NCBI GenBank assembly: GCA_038736825.1
Contig: JAVYME010000020.1
Coordinates: 1-23,468 of the forward strand
Direction: 5' to 3'
Origin: Candidatus Iainarchaeum sp.
Lineage (GTDB): Archaea; Iainarchaeota; Iainarchaeia; Iainarchaeales; DTGL01
DNA: 23,468 nt
Shown here piece after piece: positions 15,214 through 22,059 of the stretch; positions within the stretch are counted from its first letter, which is position 1, and each line of letters begins with the position of its first letter. A model generated the notes under the pieces. The model searched no databases and was not told the DNA's origin. It worked only from the letters and a program-made list of their open reading frames with translations. The position numbers were made by a program, and so were the translations under genes.

Positions 15214-16431
15214 TCAATCCACTAGTGCTTTAAGCCTTTTCTTTAGAAAGGCAAGTTTTTCGGAAAAAAAAGCATAACCTGCCCATTCAGCTTTTTCCTC
15301 GTCAAACATATAGAAATCATTATCCGTTACAACCCAGTAAATAAAGGAATCATGCTTTGTTTTGTCACTTGGAGCATTCAAGTAAACCCCTGAAGAAGCC
15401 TCGTTGATGTTACCAAGAAAAGAGCCGTCCTGGGGCTCTATTAAAGGCGAGCCATCGAGAAGAGCAAAAATCTCGAAAACCGAGGAAATCTTTTTTTTAG
15501 TTAGGGCAACCACGCAATGCCCCCCAACCTTTTCTCTCCTGAAATCATATATTTGCCCGCACACTAGTGCTGGAAAAACATGGCCTTGCTTTAAAACTGC
15601 TGGTTTTGCACCAGGCAAATACCATTGCCCCATACTGTCTATCCTGTAAAACACATTAGGGTTTTCTGCTTTCACCCAACCCTCAATCCTTATGTTTTCT
15701 GGAAAGGGGTTACTGCACTTTTCAAGGAAATAGTTTAATTCAGCCTTGAAAAAAAGAGCAAAATCCTCGCAATCACCTCCTTTTCTTTTCAAAAAATCCT
15801 CAATTGAAGTGAGCTTGTCACCGCTGTCCTCAATATAATCCAATCCCAAAAAGCCATTTGAAGAATTCACCAAGTAAATGCAGGCTGTTTGAATCGAACA
15901 GTCCTGGCGCCCAATTGAAAAACACTTTTTTTCAAGCCAATCCCTTGCTGCCTTTTGGTTGTCAGAAGTGCCAAGCAAAGAGTTTTCCTGAAACCATTCA
16001 ATGGATTTCTCTATTTTTCTTTCAAACTCTTCAATGCTTTTTATTGTTTGCAGGGATTCATCCTTCAAGAGCAAAAATTCTTCGCTAAGGGATTGCTTTG
16101 ATTGAGCTAGCTTGTTATAGTCAATTTCGAGATTCAAAAGGCGCTCTTTAAGCAAAATTATTTCTTTTGCCTTTTCATTGTTAAGGGTTTCCAGAGAGGA
16201 AATCTTTTGTTCAGACTTTAACTTGAACTCGCGAAAATTTGAATCTAAAGATGATTTTTCGGCAAAAAGGGCTGCTTTTTCATTTTTAAGGGATTCAATT
16301 TGTTGAAATTGCAAAAAAAGCCCTGCCAGTGAAAGCATTAAAAGAAAAGCTAGCGCAATAAATAGAATTGCCTGCTTTTTTGGAAAGTTCTGAATTGCGT
16401 TTAATGAAAGCCTTTCTGGCTTTTTCGGCAT
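15214..16431 (-). CDS. Membrane-anchored coiled-coil protein with C-terminal transglutaminase-like (papain-fold) domain
   Basis: 405 aa. An N-terminal TM helix (AILFIALAFLLMLSLAGLFL) is followed by about 110 aa of heptad-like coiled coil. A candidate Cys-His-Asp triad is then present: GGDCEDFALFF, VGGHCVVAL, IEPQDG. Confidence 0.65.
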   Translation of the reverse strand: MPKKPERLSLNAIQNFPKKQAILFIALAFLLMLSLAGLFLQFQQIESLKNEKAALFAEKSSLDSNFREFKLKSEQKISSLETLNNEKAKEIILLKERLLNLEIDYNKLAQSKQSLSEEFLLLKDESLQTIKSIEEFERKIEKSIEWFQENSLLGTSDNQKAARDWLEKKCFSIGRQDCSIQTACIYLVNSSNGFLGLDYIEDSGDKLTSIEDFLKRKGGDCEDFALFFKAELNYFLEKCSNPFPENIRIEGWVKAENPNVFYRIDSMGQWYLPGAKPAVLKQGHVFPALVCGQIYDFRREKVGGHCVVALTKKKISSVFEIFALLDGSPLIEPQDGSFLGNINEASSGVYLNAPSDKTKHDSFIYWVVTDNDFYMFDEEKAEWAGYAFFSEKLAFLKKRLKALVD

Positions 16432-16454
16432 TAAGTGTAAGAGGCTTGGAATTG

Positions 16455-16462
16455 TTTTAATT
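16455..16462 (-). promoter_or_regulatory. TATA-like box (AATTAAAA on minus strand) for the transglutaminase-like gene
   Basis: It starts 31 nt upstream of the ATG at 16431. Confidence 0.4.
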
Positions 16463-16565
16463 CTTTCCCTTTTTTGCTTGGTTATTCCTTAAAATCCGTT
16501 CAGTTCCACCAGAATTGTCTTTTCTGCTAAAAAAGTTTTTAACGGTTGCGGCTTTCTTTTACTTA

Positions 16566-17213
16566 ATGGAAGACTATTTTGAGCCCAAGGGCATGAGTGA
16601 AAGGGAAAGAAATGATTTGCTGATAAGCTGGTTTACCATTAGCATTGCCTTTGCATTTGTTTTGGGGCCAGGGTTTCTGAGAATTGTTGATTTTTTGTAT
16701 TTTTTGCCAATTAGTTTTGTTGCAGTTGGAACTGCTTTTGTTTTTCACGAGCTAGCGCACAGGCAAATTGCAAGAAAATTTGGTTGTTATGCTGAGTTTA
16801 GGGCTTGGACTTGGGGGCTTGTTCTTTCTATTGCGCTTCCCTTGCTTAGTTTTGGCAGGTTTTTGTTTGCAGCGCCAGGGGCTGTTTACATTTATGGACC
16901 GCATATTTCAAGAAAACAGAATGGCTTGATTTCCATTTCTGGTCCTGCAACCAATATATTGGTTGGAATTGTTTTTTTTGTTTTTTGGCTTTATGCAATT
17001 GTCTTTATGGGTCTTCACCCTTATCTTTTGGAATTGCTTATAACGGTTTCTCAAATAAATTTTTTCCTTGCGTTTTTTAACCTTATTCCAATTCCGCCAC
17101 TTGATGGAAGCAAAGTTATTTCATGGAATGCTATGGCTTGGCTTGGAGCAATCTCAATACCGTTTTTTTTCATTTTTGTTCTTCCAATGCTTCCCCACTT
17201 GCTTGGATTCTAA
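16566..17213 (+). CDS. Site-2 protease family zinc metalloprotease (peptidase M50)
   Basis: It has the HExxH motif in a TM helix (FVFHELAHRQIARKFG) and the NxxPxxxLDG motif (FNLIPIPPLDGSKV), with multiple TM helices. The start is ambiguous. ATG 16566 has TTTTTAAC 30 nt upstream, and TTG 16515 has CTTAAAAT 27 nt upstream. Confidence 0.85.
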   Translation: MEDYFEPKGMSERERNDLLISWFTISIAFAFVLGPGFLRIVDFLYFLPISFVAVGTAFVFHELAHRQIARKFGCYAEFRAWTWGLVLSIALPLLSFGRFLFAAPGAVYIYGPHISRKQNGLISISGPATNILVGIVFFVFWLYAIVFMGLHPYLLELLITVSQINFFLAFFNLIPIPPLDGSKVISWNAMAWLGAISIPFFFIFVLPMLPHLLGF

Positions 17214-17239
17214 GAAAAAGATGGCTTTTGGATGTTTTT

Positions 17240-19417
17240 TCATCCAACATAGCTTGGAGTGAAATCAGCCAAGTGTTCCTTGAATTCCCCGTATGATTTT
17301 TGGACTTTTGGAGTTATTGACGGGCTCAGTTTGGCTAGTGCTTTTTCAAAGTGGGATTGTTTTACTTCGGTTTTTTTCATGCGGTTTTCTTTCAATGCAG
17401 CCATTGCTGCTTCTCTTACAAGGCTTTCCAAGTCTGCGCCACTAAATCCTTCAGTTTGTTCTGCAAGTTTTTTCAATGAAACCTCTTTTGCAAGTGGAAC
17501 GTTTTGAGTGTGCACTTTAAGGATTTGTTCTCTTCCTTTAAGGGTTGGAGCTTTTATTTCAATCATTTTGTCTATTCTGCCCGGCCTGAGCAATGCTTTG
17601 TCAACAAGGTCTGGGCGGTTTGTTGCAGCCATAAAAACAACGTTTTTTAGCACTTCTAAGCCGTCAAGTTCTGTCAAAATCTGGTCTAGCACGCGATTGC
17701 CTACGCCAGAGTCAAAGTCTCTTCCTCTTTTGCCAGCAATAGAGTCAATTTCATCAAAGAATACTATTACTGGGGCTGCTTGTCTTGCTTTGCGGAAAAT
17801 CTTTCTAACAGCGCGCTCGCTTTCTCCAACCCACATGGACAAGAGTTCTGGGCCTTTTATGGAAATAAAGTTTGCTTCGCTTTCATTTGCAACTGCCTTT
17901 GCAATGAGTGTTTTGCCACAGCCCGGTGGCCCATAAAGGAGTATTCCTTTTGGGGGTTTTATTCCCATTTCGTTGAAGGCATCCGGGTATTTTAATGGCC
18001 ATTCAACTGCTTGCATTAGCTCTTCTTTTTCTTCTTCAAGGCCGCCAATGTCTTTCCATTTTACTTTTGGTATTTGAACTGAAACTTCTCTTAGGGCTGA
18101 GGGTTGCACGTCTTTTAGTCCTTCTAAAAAGTCTTTTTTGTTTATTTCAAGTTTTTCTAACACTTCTTGCGGTATTTCTTCTGCTTCAAGGTCTATTTCT
18201 GGCAGATAGCGTCTTAATGCTTTCATTGCTGATTCTTTGCATAATGCTTCCAGGTCTGCGCCAACAAAACCGTGAGTGATGCTTGCAAAGTAGTCCAAGT
18301 CAACGTCTTTTGCTAGCGGCATTCCTCTTGTGTGAATTAGCAGTATTTCTTTTCTTTCTTTTCTGTCCGGAATGCCGAACTCTATTTCTCTGTCAAAGCG
18401 CCCTGGCCTGCGAAGCGCTTCATCTAGCGAGTTGACCCTGTTTGTTGCTGCCATTACTATTACGTTGCCTCTTGCTTCAAGGCCGTCCATTAAGGCTAAT
18501 AGTTGTGCGACAACCCTTCTTTCAACCTCGCCTACAACTTCGTCTCTTTTTGGGGCTATTGCGTCTATTTCGTCTATGAAAATTATGCTTGGCGCGTTTT
18601 CTTCGGCTTCTTTGAACATGCCGCGCAAGCGTTCTTCTGCTTCTCCCACAAACTTGCTCATTACTTCTGGAGCGTTAACGCTAATGAAATGTGCATTGGT
18701 TTCACTTGCAACTGCTTTAGCCATCAGGGTTTTTCCAGTGCCTGGCGGTCCAAACAAGAGAATTCCTTTTGGTGGAACAATTCCAAGTTTTCTGAAAAGC
18801 TCTGGATGCTTCATTGGCAGTTCAACCATTTCCCTTACCTTTTGAACTTGATCTTTGAGGCCGCCTATGTCTTCGTATGCAATGGTTGGAATGCCTTCAA
18901 TGCCTTCTTTTACTGGTTTTTCTTTGAGGACAAAATTAGTGAAATCTGTGACTTTTACAATGCCTTTTGGTTTTGTGCCTACTACGCGGTAAACAAAGCC
19001 TGAGCCAAAAACGCTTATCCAGACATTGTCGCCTTGCACTATTGGGCGCCCCAAAAAGCTTTTTTTGAGTATGCGATTGTAGCCTGATGCAATGATTCTT
19101 ATTTCTTGTGTTGGAGCCAAGATTACTTCTTTTGCGTCTTTGTAATCTGCTTTGCGCACAATCACTGAATCTCCAAGGCCGACTCCGCAGTTGTGTCTTA
19201 TGAAGGAATCCATTCTAATAATGCCTTTGCCTTCGTCTTCGCTGCGCGCGGGCCATATTACTGCGGCTGTGCTTCTCACGGGACCGCGTATTTCTGCAAT
19301 GTCACCGCTTGTTACGCCCAGTGCGTTTTTTGAAATCCTGTCCAGTGTTACAATGTTTCTGCCGACATGCATTGGGTCTGAGTCTTGAACCTTCAAATGG
19401 ATTTCCTTTTCAGGCAA
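17240..19417 (-). CDS. cdc48: Cdc48/VCP/VAT-type AAA+ ATPase (N domain plus D1 and D2)
   Basis: An N-domain (GDIAEIRG...[19 protein letters not shown]) is followed by two AAA modules: [17 protein letters not shown] and [18 protein letters not shown]. There is no in-frame ATG before residue 32. I use TTG 19417 ([12 protein letters not shown]...), which has GGTG 5 nt upstream and gives an N-terminal length like Thermoplasma VAT. The track start is TTG 19465. Confidence 0.93.
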   Translation of the reverse strand: MPEKEIHLKVQDSDPMHVGRNIVTLDRISKNALGVTSGDIAEIRGPVRSTAAVIWPARSEDEGKGIIRMDSFIRHNCGVGLGDSVIVRKADYKDAKEVILAPTQEIRIIASGYNRILKKSFLGRPIVQGDNVWISVFGSGFVYRVVGTKPKGIVKVTDFTNFVLKEKPVKEGIEGIPTIAYEDIGGLKDQVQKVREMVELPMKHPELFRKLGIVPPKGILLFGPPGTGKTLMAKAVASETNAHFISVNAPEVMSKFVGEAEERLRGMFKEAEENAPSIIFIDEIDAIAPKRDEVVGEVERRVVAQLLALMDGLEARGNVIVMAATNRVNSLDEALRRPGRFDREIEFGIPDRKERKEILLIHTRGMPLAKDVDLDYFASITHGFVGADLEALCKESAMKALRRYLPEIDLEAEEIPQEVLEKLEINKKDFLEGLKDVQPSALREVSVQIPKVKWKDIGGLEEEKEELMQAVEWPLKYPDAFNEMGIKPPKGILLYGPPGCGKTLIAKAVANESEANFISIKGPELLSMWVGESERAVRKIFRKARQAAPVIVFFDEIDSIAGKRGRDFDSGVGNRVLDQILTELDGLEVLKNVVFMAATNRPDLVDKALLRPGRIDKMIEIKAPTLKGREQILKVHTQNVPLAKEVSLKKLAEQTEGFSGADLESLVREAAMAALKENRMKKTEVKQSHFEKALAKLSPSITPKVQKSYGEFKEHLADFTPSYVG

Positions 19418-19472
19418 AAAAACACCGTTTAAACTTTTTAGCCATTTACAGTATTTTTTAATCAAAGGCTTT

Positions 19473-20273
19473 TTAAGGGTTTGCTTCTATTCTGCTTTCC
19501 CCAGACGGCAATACTGCAATAAACTCATCCAAATGTATACCGCTAACTCCATATTTTTTCTCCATAATGCTTTTGAGCCTTTTCGCAATCTCGCTCTTTT
19601 TTTCTTGGCCTGGCAAAATAACCAAGGCAAAGGCAGAATGCTTTTTAACCGCGCTTTCAGGCGCACAGATTAGGCGGCCAGCGGAATCTATGCCAACAGC
19701 AGCCCTGAGCGGGGTTTTCCTGAACCATTGCCTGTTGCCATAAATCATGAACGCTCCAGTGCCAATTGATTCACCGGCTGGCGCTTTTTTTGAAACCTGT
19801 TCTGGTTTCACGCAATAAACATCGGCATTTGAAATTCCAGAATTCCATGCCTTGCTGAAAACTGCTGCAAAAACCGCGGCTTCTTGAAGAGACTGTTCCG
19901 GCACTGGCTGCCCTCCAGCCTTCAAAATGCAGTGCGGTGCCCCTTGAATGTCAGCATGAAAGTAGAGGTCTCCTTTTTCCATGTGCTTTTTCACAATCAC
20001 CTCATTGCTGTGCGCGTCCCTTCCACCGATTACAAGAAAGCCGTCACTTGAATAGAACCACCTGAACTTTTCAAACCATTCTTTTTGCCTTTTTCTGAAA
20101 ATCTCTGGCTTTTTTTCTGTTTTGTCTTCTTTTTCCCTTGAAAGTCTTTTTTCAGTTTCAGTTATTGCCGCTCTTATGCGCTCGGCTTTTGCCTTTGCTT
20201 CCTTTGCCTTTCTAAAATAAATTGAAGCATTTTCTTCAAGGCTTTTAGAAAAATCAATTTCTATTTCAGCCAT
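19473..20273 (-). CDS. NFACT-R (DUF814) protein: C-terminal-half-only homologue of Rqc2/NEMF/RqcH
   Basis: 266 aa from ATG 20273 (MAEIEIDF...). An N-terminal helix of about 60 aa is Lys/Glu-rich. The NFACT-R signature follows ([49 protein letters not shown]). The C-terminal roughly 100 aa resemble the NFACT-C tail. NFACT-N and HhH domains are absent. The track start at 20303 is a TTG overlapping the upstream gene. Confidence 0.75.
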   Translation of the reverse strand: MAEIEIDFSKSLEENASIYFRKAKEAKAKAERIRAAITETEKRLSREKEDKTEKKPEIFRKRQKEWFEKFRWFYSSDGFLVIGGRDAHSNEVIVKKHMEKGDLYFHADIQGAPHCILKAGGQPVPEQSLQEAAVFAAVFSKAWNSGISNADVYCVKPEQVSKKAPAGESIGTGAFMIYGNRQWFRKTPLRAAVGIDSAGRLICAPESAVKKHSAFALVILPGQEKKSEIAKRLKSIMEKKYGVSGIHLDEFIAVLPSGESRIEANP

Positions 20274-20283
20274 TTTTCCGCCT

Positions 20284-20811
20284 TCATTTGAGCCCTCTTT
20301 CAACCAAAATGCTTTCGATTATGGAATTAGTCCTGGAGGTTGCCTTGTAAACTGGCTCTGTTGTGAACAAAATCTGCCTGTCCTTGATAAAATCATAAAT
20401 TGAAGGAATGCCCTTGAAATAGTGCTCTTCAAAATGCCTTCTGTATGATTCCACATCGCGATAAACCTGCCTCATGACAAGATTCCAGTTGCTTGAGCCA
20501 AGCATTCCTGAAAACCAGTACAAGTGTGGGTCGGATTCTGCCTTTTTTATTAAATCCTCAAAAATGCTTTTCTTTGAAAGGTCTGCCTGGAAAAGCGTGG
20601 TAACTTCCAGATTGAAACCAAGCTTTCTGAAATTCACTTTTGGACCATAGCCTGAAATCACGCCCTGCCTTTCAAGAAAGTCAAGGGAGCTCTTTATTGT
20701 GGCTTTATGCAGTCCGGTGTGTTGTTTCAGCCTTTTGAGGTCTGGTTTCACAGAATTCTTTTGCAAAAGCGCTTCTAAAACCGCAAGGCGCACCTTATCA
20801 TCTATTTTCAT
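20284..20811 (-). CDS. Lrp/AsnC-like winged-helix transcriptional regulator with extended C-terminal domain
   Basis: The sequence is MKIDDKVRLAVLEALLQKNSVKPDLKRLKQHTGLHKATIKSSLDFLERQGVISGYGPKVNFRKLGF, an HTH followed by a GvI.gY linker, then about 100 aa. The start is set at ATG 20811. It lies 10 nt upstream of the NFACT-R gene. Confidence 0.7.
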   Translation of the reverse strand: MKIDDKVRLAVLEALLQKNSVKPDLKRLKQHTGLHKATIKSSLDFLERQGVISGYGPKVNFRKLGFNLEVTTLFQADLSKKSIFEDLIKKAESDPHLYWFSGMLGSSNWNLVMRQVYRDVESYRRHFEEHYFKGIPSIYDFIKDRQILFTTEPVYKATSRTNSIIESILVERGLK

Positions 20812-20845
20812 CTTTACTGACAAAAAAACCACTTCACACTATTAT

Positions 20846-20880
20846 AAAAGAACATTAAAAACCTATTTAAATGTTCTTTT
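20846..20880. promoter_or_regulatory. Perfect 11-bp inverted repeat (AAAAGAACATT n13 AATGTTCTTTT) overlapping the regulator gene's TATA region
   Basis: Read directly. On the minus strand the downstream arm overlaps TTTTATAATA (20840-20849), which starts 38 nt upstream of the ATG at 20811. It is a candidate operator, or a hairpin with T-run terminator. Confidence 0.4.
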
Positions 20881-20893
20881 TGGACATCATTAT

Positions 20894-20910
20894 TTTGTGA
20901 ATTTATTTAA
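20894..20910. repeat. Left arm of AT-rich inverted repeat TTTGTGAAT(TT)ATTTAA flanking the GC-rich island
   Basis: The reverse complement of 21040-21057 reads AAATTTGTGAATATTTAA. This matches 9/9 plus 6/6 positions with a 2-nt indel. The left arm contains the TATA-like TTTATTTAAATA, roughly 30-40 nt before the island. Confidence 0.45.
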
Positions 20911-20940
20911 ATATCAAAAGCATTTTATTATTGTTTAATT

Positions 20941-21076
20941 CCAGGAGGGATTCATCCAAAAAATGCACGGATGAAAGAGGAGGGCGGCTCACCAGGCTTT
21001 ACCTGTACCAGTCTTGAACTGGATTTTTGAACCCTCCTCTTAAATATTCACAAATTTCTCACCCACGCCCTCCTTT
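20941..21076. ncRNA. Candidate structured RNA or riboregulatory element (unclassified); strand undetermined
   Basis: This is a GC-rich island in a 312-bp AT-rich spacer. Helices read by eye are listed here. AAGAGGAGGG (20975-84) pairs with CCCTCCTCTT (21032-41), 10 bp. AGGAGGG (20943-49) pairs with CCCTCCT (21068-74), 7 bp. An alternative pairs AGGAGGGCG (20978-86) with CGCCCTCCT (21066-74), 9 bp. Hairpins: TTCATCC/GGATGAA (20951-75), CAGG/CCTG (20993-21005) and CCAGT/ACTGG (21008-22), the last followed by T5. It matches no RNA family I can recognise. Confidence 0.3.
21040..21057. repeat. Right arm of the AT-rich inverted repeat flanking the GC-rich island
   Basis: See the left arm at 20894-20910. 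Confidence 0.45.
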
Positions 21077-21123
21077 CTTTATTCTCCTTTATTCACTATT
21101 TTTTTAAAATTTTTAAAAAAGCT

Positions 21124-22059
21124 TTAACCGCACTCTAGTTCCATCTGACTCTGAATTGCAGAAAGCTCTTCTGCAACAGAAAGCAAGGCTTGCTTTTCTG
21201 CTTTAAGAAAACCAGCATCAAAAGCAAAACCCTCAAAAGACTCTGTTCGATCAACAAAAGAGTCAATTTTGAGAACAAGCGCATTGAATTCCAAAGTTTT
21301 TTCTCCAATCAGCTTTAAGTTGAGGCAAACGCTTTGCTCTCCAGCAGCCGCTTCAATTATTGAAAGCAACTCGGTTGCCTCTTTCAAAAGCCCGCAACCC
21401 CTTGAAGCAATCAAAGAAAGCTCTGCAAATTCAGCAACCCAAGTGGATTGAAAGCGCGGGGTTTTTTCAGAAATTTTTGAGGATTGAACAAATTCAGGAA
21501 ACGATTCAGTGAAGGCCTGCAAATCAGCTTTAAGTTTTTCATTGGACAGATCAGCAGCCGAATATTTTTCAAAAAATTTTTCTGGAATTTCAGGGCAAGA
21601 TTTTCCATCAATGGCTTTAATCGCATTAAAATCAAAAGAATCCAGTTGCCTTGCAGCTTCCCTGAACAAACCAGTTTCCTTGAATTCAGCCAATGCCTTT
21701 AAGTAATCAATTCTGGATTTTTCAACCAATAAAAGAGAAAGAAGTGCTTCCCTTTCCCGCAAGTTTTGCACACTTGCAGCATTAACCTTTAAAGACTCTA
21801 TTTCAAAGCTTATGCCTGAAAGTTTTCCAGAAAAGGAGGCAATCTCCTTTTCATCAAAAAGCTCGCTGGAATCAATTCGCTGAATTTCACTTGCAGAAAT
21901 TCCGCCCTTTGCATAAATTGATTCAAGTTCTCTGACGCCTTCAGAAAAGGACTTAACGCCGTTTGCTTGAAAATGCTCCTCTGAACAGCCCTGCAAAAGC
22001 ACAAAAAAAATGCAGGCAAAAGCCAAGACAAGATTATTCCTTTTTTTTCTTTTTTGCAT
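21124..22059 (-). CDS. Putative secreted lipoprotein, helical and Cys-containing, unknown function
   Basis: The start is set at ATG 22059: MQKRKKRNNLVLAFACIFFVLLQGCSEE. This gives a positive n-region, a hydrophobic core and a lipobox-like LLQGC. The remaining roughly 285 aa look mostly helical. The start lies 26 nt inside the 3' end of topA. The track start at 22128 adds 23 non-signal residues. Confidence 0.6.
   Translation of the reverse strand: MQKRKKRNNLVLAFACIFFVLLQGCSEEHFQANGVKSFSEGVRELESIYAKGGISASEIQRIDSSELFDEKEIASFSGKLSGISFEIESLKVNAASVQNLREREALLSLLLVEKSRIDYLKALAEFKETGLFREAARQLDSFDFNAIKAIDGKSCPEIPEKFFEKYSAADLSNEKLKADLQAFTESFPEFVQSSKISEKTPRFQSTWVAEFAELSLIASRGCGLLKEATELLSIIEAAAGEQSVCLNLKLIGEKTLEFNALVLKIDSFVDRTESFEGFAFDAGFLKAEKQALLSVAEELSAIQSQMELECG

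Noticed and set aside
17240-17254. Cdc48 C-terminal ...PSYVG as a proteasome-docking HbYX motif
   Set aside because: HbYX must be the last three residues. Here Tyr is antepenultimate (Y-V-G), so I cannot claim the motif from sequence alone.
17508-19003. Long plus-strand ORFs (142, 157 and 166 aa) inside cdc48
   Set aside because: They are shadow ORFs antisense to a strongly conserved AAA+ gene, with Ser/Leu/Phe-rich low-complexity translations.
20882-20900. AATGATGT on the minus strand as a C-box of a C/D sRNA
   Set aside because: It is an imperfect C-box, with no D-box (CUGA) or terminal pairing within the expected 50-70 nt.
20941-21076. Tried to read the GC-rich island as tRNA, 5S rRNA, SRP RNA, RNase P RNA, C/D or H/ACA sRNA, or a TPP/fluoride riboswitch
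   Set aside because: It has no T-loop or acceptor geometry. The 5S loop motifs and the SRP helix-8 sequence are absent. It is too short for RNase P and lacks a GAGGAAAGTCC-type CR-I. The nearest C-box is CGGATGA (5/7) with no CTGA D-box, and no ACA follows the lower stem. It stays unclassified.
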